A DNA stretch of 64,000 nt from Verrucomicrobiota bacterium (lineage in GTDB: Bacteria; Verrucomicrobiota; Verrucomicrobiia; Limisphaerales; CANJSG01). Where the stretch lies: positions 16,140-80,139 of the forward strand of contig JAYVSO010000064.1 in NCBI GenBank assembly GCA_043775315.1, in the 5' to 3' direction. The notes beneath the pieces are model-generated. The model was not told where the DNA came from. It searched no databases and worked only from the letters and a program-made list of their open reading frames with translations. The position numbers were made by a program, and so were the translations under genes. Positions 44,101-55,611 of the stretch are shown here, in pieces. Each line of letters opens with the position of its first letter. Position 1 is the first letter of the stretch.

Positions 44101-44484
44101 ATGCAAACTCGCTATTCGGTATGGAAGGTGAACGATGGAGTGCCATCCGTTGCGACAACCCAGGAATCCCACGTCCAATACGACGGGGCTTTGGCGATCA
44201 TTGACGAATTGGTTGCAGCATCACTAAACGCATCTCTCAGCGGCGTATCAGTTGGAGACATCGCATGGATTTCATTCTTCGATCCGCCGAGAGTGCTGCA
44301 CATCTACGTCAGAGCTGAACCAAACCGTCTGCGCTACGAATGCTTTGACGGTGTTAACGAGGGATTGACCGGCGACATTCGCGTGTTCGAAGGCAAGGGT
44401 GCCGTCCGAGTTCTGTTTGAAGGACAGTCACCTCTTCCCTATCTCAAATCCCACTCCCTTGAGATTGTTGATGGCGCTGCTTGA
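44101..44484 (+). CDS. hypothetical protein (low-GC orphan)
   Basis: 127-aa ORF filling the gap between dnaJ and rsmE. GC is visibly lower (about 50% by eye) than the flanks. No recognisable family, signal peptide or TM. Confidence 0.5.
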   Translation: MQTRYSVWKVNDGVPSVATTQESHVQYDGALAIIDELVAASLNASLSGVSVGDIAWISFFDPPRVLHIYVRAEPNRLRYECFDGVNEGLTGDIRVFEGKGAVRVLFEGQSPLPYLKSHSLEIVDGAA

Positions 44485-44533
44485 TTTGCCATCAAAGCAG
44501 CTCATTTGAGCGACACCTCGTTGTCTGTTGACC

Positions 44534-45289
44534 ATGCACCGATTCCATCTGCCGCCGGAGCAATGCAAGGAAACCCAGCTCACGCTGACCGGTTCCGAGG
44601 CGCATCATGCGGCAAACGTGCTGCGATTGCGCCCGGGTGCGACGGTCACGGTGTTGGACGGATCTGGCAAGGTGTTCGGCTGCGAAGTGAACGCGGTCTC
44701 CAAACGCGAGGTTCATCTGCGGGTCGTTAAGACCGAGTCAGTGCCGGCCTTGCCGTTTCGCATCACGCTCCTGCTCGCGGTGCCGAAGGGGAAGCTGATT
44801 GATTCGATCATCCAGAAAGCCACGGAACTCGGCGTCGCCCGGATCGTGCCGCTGTTGTCCGAGCGCGTCGTGACGCAACTGGACGACGACGGAGCCGAAG
44901 CCAAAGCGGCCAAGTGGCAGCAGATCGCGGTCGAGGCCACCAAACAATGCGGCCAAGCCTGGCTGCCCAAGGTGGAAGCGCCGTTGACGCCGAAGGAATG
45001 GCTGGCCCGCAAGGAAACCTTCGACCTGCAACTCGTCGGCGCGCTGCGGCCGGGCAGCCGACATCCGCGTGAACTCATCGAGGAACATCGAAGCCAGCAT
45101 GGCGGAATGCCGAAGTCCGTGGCCGTGTGGATCGGGCCGGAGGGCGACTTCACTTCGGCTGAACTCGATCTCGCCGAAGCCGCGGGAGCGAAGCCGATCA
45201 CCTTGGGGCCGCTGGTGCTGCGGGTGGAGACGGCGGCGATCTATTGCCTGTCGTTTTTGAATTACGAACTCCAGGCCGGCGTCCGCTGA
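44534..45289 (+). CDS. rsmE: 16S rRNA (uracil1498-N3)-methyltransferase RsmE
   Basis: MHRFHLPPE..LTGSEAHHAANVLRLRPG..VLDGSG..ITLLLAVPKGKLIDSIIQKATELGV..PEGDFTSAELDLA..ITLGPLVLRVETAA. Confidence 0.88.
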   Translation: MHRFHLPPEQCKETQLTLTGSEAHHAANVLRLRPGATVTVLDGSGKVFGCEVNAVSKREVHLRVVKTESVPALPFRITLLLAVPKGKLIDSIIQKATELGVARIVPLLSERVVTQLDDDGAEAKAAKWQQIAVEATKQCGQAWLPKVEAPLTPKEWLARKETFDLQLVGALRPGSRHPRELIEEHRSQHGGMPKSVAVWIGPEGDFTSAELDLAEAAGAKPITLGPLVLRVETAAIYCLSFLNYELQAGVR

Positions 45290-46938
45290 TGGACATGGCT
45301 TCCACCAAAACCGGTTTGTCCACGAAGGACACGAAGAGCACCAAGAAGGCTGAACCCTTTGGCCTTGGTGCTCTTCGTGTCCTTCGTGGATGGAAACTCC
45401 TCCTCGGTGTTTTCCTTCTGACCTCGCTTCCGGTCCGCGCCGCGATCACCAACATCACGGCGACCCGCACCACGGTTTCTCTCCGTGGCAATGCGGCGGG
45501 AATTCCGCTGCGGCTGTTCGCGCTCGCGCCCTGGGAGAATCCATCCGTCCTGTCGAACCGCGTCCCGCTGGTGACGGTGGCTGGGAAGAAACCATTGCGT
45601 ATCGATCTGGCGCGGCGGGCGGATGGCTTTGACCGCGTTTACGCCGGGTTCGTTCTTTGCGCGTTGGATTCGACCAAGCCGCTCGGCCCTGTCCGCTATG
45701 TGGAGAGGTTCGATGGGGTGGCACCGTGGGATGAGACGTTCCCCCAGCCGACGAGCAAGAAGGGGCTGCAGGTCCAGATGGTCGACGACGCGCTCGCGCT
45801 AGGAGTGAAGCACGCCGCGCTCAATCTCTATCTCGGCGGCTGGTTCCGGGGACTGGATGGGAAGGATGTCCTTCAATGGACTGCGGACGGCGAGACCTAC
45901 CGTTTCAACCGGCAAGCCGTCGAAGGGTTGGACCGTCAGGTGAAACGCCTCTCCGATGCGGGCGTGGTCGTGAACCTGATCGTGCTGGCCGGGCCGACCG
46001 GAGATCCGGCGGTCGACCGATGGCTGGTGCATCCGAACTACTCGCAGAAGGCGCCGAACAAGCTGGCCGCCTTCAACACTTCGACCGAGGAGGGTTTCCG
46101 GCATTTCCGGGCGTTGTTCGAGTTCCTCGGTGCGCGTTACAGCCGGCCCGACCGGCAGTTCGGCCGCATCGTCGGGTTCATCATGGGCAACGAGGTGAAC
46201 TCGCACTGGGACTGGAGCAACATGGGCTCCGCGACGATGGAGCCGTTCGCCGACGATTACCTTCGCGCGACGCGAACGGCGTGGACGGCGTTGCAGCAGT
46301 TCGCGCCCGCCAGCCGGGTCTATCTCTCGCTCGAGCATCACTGGAACATCGCCTATCGCACGACGGAGCCGGACAAGTCCTTCGCGGCGCGGCCGTTTCT
46401 CGAATACGTCAACGCCCGGTCGAAGGACGGCGGAGACTTCCCGTGGCACGTGGCGTTTCATCCGTATCCGGAGAACCTCTTCGAGCCGCGTTTCTGGAAC
46501 GACAAGACGGCCACACCGGACGCCGCCAGCAAACGCGTCACCTTCAAGAACCTTCCCGTGCTGACCGACTTTCTCGCCCAACCCACGATGAAGTTTGGCG
46601 GTGAAACGCGCCGCGTGATCCTGAGCGAACAGGGTTTCCACACACCCAAGGGTCCGGACGGAGAAGCGGTCCAGGCCGCGGCCTACGCCTATGCCTACCG
46701 GTTGGTGGAACGGAATCCGGCGATCGACAGCTTCATCCTTCACCGCCACGTCGACCACGCCCACGAAGGCGGCCTGCTGCTGGGGTTGTGGTCGAACAAG
46801 CCCGGCTCCATCGCCGATCCCGATCGGAAGAAGCCGAGCTACGAGGTTTTCAAAGCGGCGGACACAGCGGAGTGGCGCAAGGCATTCGCGCCGTCGCTGA
46901 AGATGGTGGGATTGGAGAATTGGCCCGGGGACGAGTGA
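45289..46938 (+). CDS. secreted TIM-barrel glycoside-hydrolase-like protein (DUF5722-like)
   Basis: ATG 45289 shares its A with the rsmE stop. Long basic n-region, then WKLLLGVFLLTSLPVRAA signal. GVKHAALNLYL, IMGNEVNSHW and FHPYPENL suggest a GH-like (beta/alpha)8 fold. The DUF5722 name is from memory only. Confidence 0.6.
   Translation: MDMASTKTGLSTKDTKSTKKAEPFGLGALRVLRGWKLLLGVFLLTSLPVRAAITNITATRTTVSLRGNAAGIPLRLFALAPWENPSVLSNRVPLVTVAGKKPLRIDLARRADGFDRVYAGFVLCALDSTKPLGPVRYVERFDGVAPWDETFPQPTSKKGLQVQMVDDALALGVKHAALNLYLGGWFRGLDGKDVLQWTADGETYRFNRQAVEGLDRQVKRLSDAGVVVNLIVLAGPTGDPAVDRWLVHPNYSQKAPNKLAAFNTSTEEGFRHFRALFEFLGARYSRPDRQFGRIVGFIMGNEVNSHWDWSNMGSATMEPFADDYLRATRTAWTALQQFAPASRVYLSLEHHWNIAYRTTEPDKSFAARPFLEYVNARSKDGGDFPWHVAFHPYPENLFEPRFWNDKTATPDAASKRVTFKNLPVLTDFLAQPTMKFGGETRRVILSEQGFHTPKGPDGEAVQAAAYAYAYRLVERNPAIDSFILHRHVDHAHEGGLLLGLWSNKPGSIADPDRKKPSYEVFKAADTAEWRKAFAPSLKMVGLENWPGDE
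45319..45390. repeat. perfect palindrome: 27-nt arms, 18-nt spacer, inside the 5' coding region of the DUF5722-like gene
   Basis: tccacgaaggacacgaagagcaccaag (45319-45345) is the exact reverse complement of cttggtgctcttcgtgtccttcgtgga (45364-45390). Confidence 0.9.
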
Positions 46939-46956
46939 GTCGGCGAGTCAACGAAT

Positions 46957-46975
46957 AGGCCGCCCATTGCGGCCT
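46957..46975. terminator. bidirectional hairpin between convergent genes
   Basis: aggccgc-ccatt-gcggcct (7-bp stem) lies in the 41-nt gap between the stops at 46938 (+) and 46980 (-). Confidence 0.5.
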
Positions 46976-46979
46976 TTGC

Positions 46980-48281
46980 CTACTTCACCTTGAAGGACTG
47001 GGTGATCAGGCTGTGTTGCGGAGTCTTTTGACGCCTGAGGAGGAACCAGCCCAAGAGTCCAATCCCAATCAGCGTTCCGATTCCAGCGGCCAGGAAACCG
47101 TTTCCGGTAGCGGGAGGATTTACGGAGGCAGCCATTGCTGGAGGGGAAACGGCCGCAGCGGTTTTGGCGGCGGGAGTTTTCTGAGATTGCGGGACGGGAA
47201 GGAGGACGGTGTTCTCCGCGATGAACGCGGGTTTCGCGGGCGCTGCGGGCTCGACCGTGGATCGGGCGGGAGGCGACGGCTTCGGTTTTGCCTCGGCGAG
47301 GGTGGATGTCTTCGGCGGTTCGGTCTGCTTCGAGGAAGCGGGTGAGGAAGCGGGTGAGGAAGCGGGTGAGGCGGGTTCAATTTTCGCCGGGATCAAAGGA
47401 ACTGAAACTGGTTTGGACTCGGCGGCAGCCGGGACTGGGGTGGGGTTGGATGGTCCCGGATTCGCGGGAGTTTTTGACTCCGAGATCGGCTTGGTCGCTC
47501 CAAGAGGTTTGGATTCCACAGCCGCTGGAGGCTCTGTTTTCGGCTCCGGGATTTTGACTGCGGCAACGGATACGACGGGCGTGATCGCGGGCAGGTTGGT
47601 TGCCGGTGATGGCCTGAACTCGATCTTTGAGGGAGGGCCGCTGCCAGGTTTTGCAGCGGGCGCCTGGACGATGACGGGCTGAGGCAAAGGGGGATTCGGA
47701 ATGGTCCATGGGCCCAGGCCGGAGTTGACGGCCGCCGAGGTGAACTTGCGTTCCCGCACGGTGAGGAAAGTGACGAACGGAAGCCTTGTCCGCTCCAGAT
47801 CGACGGCGGCCCTGTCCTGGATCTCGGTCACGCTTTCGCTGAAGGGCAGGCCGGTCAGCCTAGAATGCGGGGCCGTCACGAGGACGACGCTGAGGGCTTC
47901 CGAATCGGCGGCGACTGCGCTCAACGCGGGCAGGGCGTTGGTGGAGTTCCACCGGCCGGTCCATGCCCGCTTGGAGATGAATCTATCCGCTTCGACCGCG
48001 TAGGCCCGGGCCGCCGCGGGTTGCCAGACGAGCATGGGGAACGTGGTGTCGAGCCTTTCGCCGGCGACCCAGACTCCGATCGTATCTCCGGGCTTGGCGA
48101 TTCCGTTGAAGCCTTTGACCAGCAGGTCAGCCACGGCGTCGCGGGTGGCCTGCATGTTCCGGGCCGAATCAGCGGTGGTTTCGACGATGAGGAGGAAACG
48201 GTTCTCGACGGCCGCGAGGCCGGGCGCGGACATGAGAAGGGCGGTGAGAAGGACTAGAAGGTTTCTCCATCCCGGCTTCAT
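46980..48281 (-). CDS. secreted protein: degenerate vWA-like N-domain, long Pro/Ala/Ser-rich linker, C-terminal TM anchor
   Basis: Signal LLVLLTALLMSAPGLAA. FLLIVETTADSARNM..PGDTIGVWVAGERL resembles a vWA beta1-alpha1 lacking the DxSxS MIDAS. About 200 aa of P/A/S/K-rich sequence including (PASS)3. C-terminal FLAAGIGTLIGIGLLGWFLLRRQK. Confidence 0.6.
   Translation of the reverse strand: MKPGWRNLLVLLTALLMSAPGLAAVENRFLLIVETTADSARNMQATRDAVADLLVKGFNGIAKPGDTIGVWVAGERLDTTFPMLVWQPAAARAYAVEADRFISKRAWTGRWNSTNALPALSAVAADSEALSVVLVTAPHSRLTGLPFSESVTEIQDRAAVDLERTRLPFVTFLTVRERKFTSAAVNSGLGPWTIPNPPLPQPVIVQAPAAKPGSGPPSKIEFRPSPATNLPAITPVVSVAAVKIPEPKTEPPAAVESKPLGATKPISESKTPANPGPSNPTPVPAAAESKPVSVPLIPAKIEPASPASSPASSPASSKQTEPPKTSTLAEAKPKPSPPARSTVEPAAPAKPAFIAENTVLLPVPQSQKTPAAKTAAAVSPPAMAASVNPPATGNGFLAAGIGTLIGIGLLGWFLLRRQKTPQHSLITQSFKVK
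47332..47376. repeat. 12-bp tandem repeat, 3.75 copies, in frame
   Basis: gaggaagcgggt x3 followed by gaggcgggt. Encodes PASSPASSPASS on the minus strand. Confidence 0.9.
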
Positions 48282-48748
48282 CTTCGGTCTTTGTATCGGG
48301 CCCGTTCGCGTTGGTTGTAGCCGTCGAGGTCGCGGCTGAAATCGTTGAGCGCCGCTCCGATGTCGCGGATGAAATTGTCGCAGCTACAGGAGAGATGTCC
48401 CTGGCCGGTGATGATGTCGCGCTCGGCGATGTCATCGGTGACGACCAGGACCTCGCCGTAGGGCCTCATCCTGTGGGCAGTCCGCTCGATGAGGTCATCG
48501 GCAGTCTGGCCCGCGCGTGAATAGAGAATCTCAAGATTCCGCGTGGAGGAGGGCTTGGGTGTTCCCGCCGGCGCGCCTGCTCCATCGAAGAAAATGGTGA
48601 TGGGGGTGAAGGTGGCGTCGCCGTATTGCCGCAGGATCGAGAGGAGTTCGTCGCGGGCCGACGCGGAATGGCGGGCCTTGCCCTCGGCGACTTCCGGCCA
48701 CCGGTGGAGCAGGCTGTAACCGTCGATGAGGATGCGGACCAAAGCCAT
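48278..48748 (-). CDS. NYN domain (YacP/Rae1-like) predicted ribonuclease
   Basis: ILIDGYSLLHRWPE..ARDELLSILRQYGD..ITIFFDGAG..ILYSRAGQTADDLIER..VLVVTDDIAERD fits the YacP-like NYN/PIN pattern. Its stop overlaps the start of the downstream gene (ATGA, 48278-48281). Confidence 0.7.
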   Translation of the reverse strand: MALVRILIDGYSLLHRWPEVAEGKARHSASARDELLSILRQYGDATFTPITIFFDGAGAPAGTPKPSSTRNLEILYSRAGQTADDLIERTAHRMRPYGEVLVVTDDIAERDIITGQGHLSCSCDNFIRDIGAALNDFSRDLDGYNQRERARYKDRR

Positions 48749-48878
48749 GGCAGGAAGGATGAGGCATGAGGGATGAAGTATGAAGGGAAAGGTCGGACGT
48801 CTGGCATCCGGTAGCTGTCATCCATTCTCGATTCGGCGCATCGTTGCCTCCCTTGCCCCGTGTGGCACAGTGGCGCGC

Positions 48879-49895
48879 ATGCAGAAGAAGGAACCGATTC
48901 CGACAACTGTCCTCACCGGCTTTCTCGGCGCGGGCAAGACGACGTTGTTGAACCACATCTTGACCGCGAACCACGGCCACCGCTGCGCCGTCATCATCAA
49001 TGAATTCGGCTCGGTCTCGATCGACAACCAGATCCTGGTCGGGGCGGACGAGGAAGTGGTGGAGCTGAACAACGGCTGCCTCTGCTGCCGGGTCCGCGGT
49101 GATCTGATCAAGAGCCTCGGCAACCTCTTCCAGAAGCAGAAACGTTTCGACTACGTGCTGATCGAGACGACCGGCCTGGCCGATCCGGGACCGATCGCCC
49201 AGACGTTCGCGATGCCGGAGCTGCGGGACAAGGTGCGGCTCGATGCCATCGTGACCGTCGTCGACGCCCGGCACATCGAGAAGGAACTGATGGACGCGCC
49301 CGAGGCCAAACCACAGATCGGCTTTGCCGACGTGCTCCTGCTCAACAAGACCGACATGGTTACGGCCACGGACCTCGACCGGGTCGAATCCAAGATCAGG
49401 CGCATCAACCCGCTGGCTAAAATCCACCGGACCGAGCGCTCCAAGATCGACCTCGGCCTGATCCTCAACCTCAAGGCCCGCGAGACGCTCGCCCCGCTCA
49501 ACCTTCCGGCCAAGCGCGCCGGCCTGAGCCTCCAGGCAGATGGTCCTGCGTTGTCGGCGGACGCGACGCACACGCACGACCATGCCCACCACGACGAGAG
49601 CGTCACCTCGTTCTACTTCAACGACGACCGTCCGCTCGACATGAAGAAGACGGAGACGTGGTTGAGCGATGTTCTCACCGAGTTCGGCCCGCGCATCTAC
49701 CGCAGCAAGGGCATCCTGAACATCAAGGGCTCCGCCAAACGCATCGTCTTCCACGGAGTCCAACAGACGTTCGACGCGCAGGCCGAGCGGCTTTGGAACA
49801 TGGGGGAACACAAGACCAACCATCTCGTCTTCATCGGCAAGGATCTCGACGAAGCGATTCTCCGGAAGGGGTTCGAGGGCTGCTTCGCCAATTGA
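48879..49895 (+). CDS. COG0523 (CobW/ZigA/YeiR) family GTP-binding metallochaperone
   Basis: P-loop GFLGAGKTTLLN, CxCC motif GCLCCRV, ETTGLADP, NKTD, and His-rich insert DATHTHDHAHHDE. Start trimmed to ATG 48879. Confidence 0.88.
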   Translation: MQKKEPIPTTVLTGFLGAGKTTLLNHILTANHGHRCAVIINEFGSVSIDNQILVGADEEVVELNNGCLCCRVRGDLIKSLGNLFQKQKRFDYVLIETTGLADPGPIAQTFAMPELRDKVRLDAIVTVVDARHIEKELMDAPEAKPQIGFADVLLLNKTDMVTATDLDRVESKIRRINPLAKIHRTERSKIDLGLILNLKARETLAPLNLPAKRAGLSLQADGPALSADATHTHDHAHHDESVTSFYFNDDRPLDMKKTETWLSDVLTEFGPRIYRSKGILNIKGSAKRIVFHGVQQTFDAQAERLWNMGEHKTNHLVFIGKDLDEAILRKGFEGCFAN

Positions 49896-49907
49896 ACCGA
49901 CGCGCCT

Positions 49908-50153
49908 ATGCCCCTCTACGAATACGAACTCTGCGAAGGCACCTGCGCCGCTTGCACGGGCCGGTTCACCCTGCGCCGGCCGGTCAACGCGCCCGAACTC
50001 ACCAAGTGCCCGGCCTGCCGCAAGCCGGTGCGGAAGCTGATCTCCTCGTTCAACACTCCGACGATCACGAAGCCGGTCTCGATCTCGGATGCGAAGAAGG
50101 CCGGCTTCACCGTCTTGAAGAAGACGGGCAAGGGCGAATACGAGAAGCAGTAG
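49908..50153 (+). CDS. FmdB-family zinc-ribbon protein
   Basis: MPLYEYELCEGTCAAC...CPACRKPVRKLIS is the typical MP-x-YEY plus two Cys-pair layout. 81 aa. Confidence 0.7.
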   Translation: MPLYEYELCEGTCAACTGRFTLRRPVNAPELTKCPACRKPVRKLISSFNTPTITKPVSISDAKKAGFTVLKKTGKGEYEKQ

Positions 50154-50179
50154 GCTGATCCCCGCCGGCGCGTGCCTCG

Positions 50180-50761
50180 ATGACCACCGCGAACAAGATC
50201 ACCATCGTCCGAATCCTGCTCATCCCGTTCTTCGTGACGGAGATGATCTACTACACGCGGACCGGCGATGAATTCCATCGGATCATCGCCTTGATCTGCT
50301 TCGCCGTGGCTGCGATCAGCGACGGCATCGACGGCTACATCGCCCGCCGATACAACCAGCGCAGCGAGCTCGGGGCTTTCCTCGATCCCATGGCCGACAA
50401 GCTTCTCCTCGTTTCCGCAATCGTCGTCCTCAGCTTCGACAACGGCTCCCATCTCGACCGGATACCCCTCTGGGTCACCACCACGATCATCAGCCGCGAT
50501 CTCCTGCTGCTGTTCGGTGCGGCCGTCATCCACTACACGGTTGGTGACCTGACGGTGAAACCCCGGATGGTCGGCAAGCTGGCGACTGTTCTCCAGATGG
50601 CCATGGTGATCTGGGGGCTGTTGAAGTGGGACACGGTGTGGTTCAACCGCTGGTGCGTCACGGCGGCGATCACTGCCGGAGTCGCGTGGGCCTTCTACGT
50701 GTGGGACGGCATGCGCCAGCTCAGCAAGAGTCCGAAGAGCTCGGCTTCGGCAAAGCAGTAG
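50180..50761 (+). CDS. pgsA: CDP-diacylglycerol--glycerol-3-phosphate 3-phosphatidyltransferase (CDP-alcohol phosphatidyltransferase family)
   Basis: NKITIVRILLIPFF and the signature DGIDGYIARRYNQRSELGAFLDPMADKLL (DG-x2-AR-x8-G-x3-D-x3-D). Confidence 0.85.
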   Translation: MTTANKITIVRILLIPFFVTEMIYYTRTGDEFHRIIALICFAVAAISDGIDGYIARRYNQRSELGAFLDPMADKLLLVSAIVVLSFDNGSHLDRIPLWVTTTIISRDLLLLFGAAVIHYTVGDLTVKPRMVGKLATVLQMAMVIWGLLKWDTVWFNRWCVTAAITAGVAWAFYVWDGMRQLSKSPKSSASAKQ

Positions 50762-50985
50762 GAGTCGGTGGCTGAAAGAGCGGTTCCATCGCTTGCCCGG
50801 CGGGGGCCATCTGTTTCACGCCACAGGCTATCGGTCTCAAGATCCTCTGCGTTCTGCATTCTTGGGACCTGCCAATCAACATCCCCGGCGGTGCCGGACT
50901 ATTTCGGGATGTGAATAACTTTCCCCAACTAATGGGGCCTTTCCTCTTGAAGACCCCCTGCCGGTTGGGCTTCCTACTGTGAGCC

Positions 50986-54801
<3,816 letters not shown>

Positions 54802-54918
54802 GCGACGGATGGGCAGTTGCCTCCATAGCCTCGGAAAGCCCGAGAGCTGAGGGCATCTGTGCAGATTCCTTTGGCTTAGAGCGTCTTCATAAATCATATC
54901 GCTCACAGGTTGGCCGGG

Positions 54919-55085
54919 GCGTTCTCCCTCACCCCGGCCCTCTCCCGCTGGGAGAGGGAGGACCGTTCGCCGCCGCTGGGCGAAACTTGCGGCGGAATCA
55001 GCCGGAGCGACTGCCGAATTTCCGCGAGTGCCAGCGGCTGCTTCCCTCTCCCAGCGGGAGAGGGATTGAGGGTGAGGGAGAACGC
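54919..55085. repeat. REP-like module: two about 41-nt units in inverted orientation, each containing its own short hairpin
   Basis: Left unit 54919-54959: gcgttctccctcaccccggccctctcccgctgggagaggga. The reverse complement of the right unit 55043-55085 is identical except cgg versus tcaat. Inner hairpin ctctccc-gct-gggagag. The spacer contains cgccgc..gcggcg. Confidence 0.8.
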
Positions 55086-55338
55086 CGCCATCGGCTGAAC
55101 CGCTACAACATGGCGGGAACCACTCTCAAGGAACCTGGTTCAGCCCGTAGAACCTGGCCGGTCGGTTTGTGTTGGAGGAATCGTTGAATCCGGGGAATGA
55201 CTCAGCTCCTGTGATCAATCGGATAGATCCGACTCGCCGGGTGGGTAGAGATTGAAACGATGAAGAAATTGGTCGCCGAATCGATTGAAATGGAGAAAGG
55301 CGAGAAGTGGGATGGCGACGACAACGTGACGACTGTCG

Positions 55339-55440
55339 ATAACAGTCCGCGTCATCGCGGAAGCTCTGTTCGCGCCGAACCCATCGATTCATCACATGGT
55401 AAGTGGCCCTTGCGTATTCCATGCGCAACGCCCGCGGCAC
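55339..55440 (-). pseudogene. 5' remnant of a RayT / IS200-like (Y1, REP-associated) transposase gene
   Basis: GTG 55440, then PRALRMEYARATYHVMNRWVRREQSFRDDAD, closely resembles the conserved N-terminus (P-R-x-x-R-x-x-x-x-G-x-x-YHV-x-x-RGN-x-R-x-x-IF-x-DD-x-D) of this family. Similarity is lost after about 34 codons. Confidence 0.6.
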
Positions 55441-55451
55441 CGGGCAACCAA

Positions 55452-55492
55452 GCCAAAACAGTCAATCAGTGTCATTGGTGAGGACTGACACC
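55452..55492. repeat. left copy of a 41-nt inverted repeat flanking the rhomboid gene
   Basis: The reverse complement ggtgtcagtcctcaccaatgacactgattgactgttttggc matches 56860-56900 at 36/41 positions (hand alignment). Confidence 0.8.
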
Positions 55493-55611
55493 TTCATGAT
55501 TCTGTCGTTTCGGCACGGAAGTTTATGGCGACCTCGACGTTCTCCCGCGCGACGTCATCAGCTGCAAACTAAGCGTGCCCAACGCCGAACGCATCTCATT
55601 GGCGGGTCGCA

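Noticed and set aside
45198-45491. 97-aa minus-strand ORF running through the 27-bp palindrome
   Set aside because: It exists only because the palindrome reads open on both strands. It overlaps two supported plus-strand genes.
54903-55098. Two 62-aa ORFs (both strands) across the REP-like module
   Set aside because: Their sequences (LTPALSRWERE.., SPSPAGRGKQ..) are the usual translation artefacts of palindromic repeat DNA.
55126-55338. Remainder of the 104-aa minus ORF beyond the RayT-like N-terminus
   Set aside because: After about 34 codons, similarity to Y1 transposases disappears and the sequence becomes Ser/Arg-rich. It is most likely out-of-frame or deleted pseudogene sequence rather than a functional small protein.
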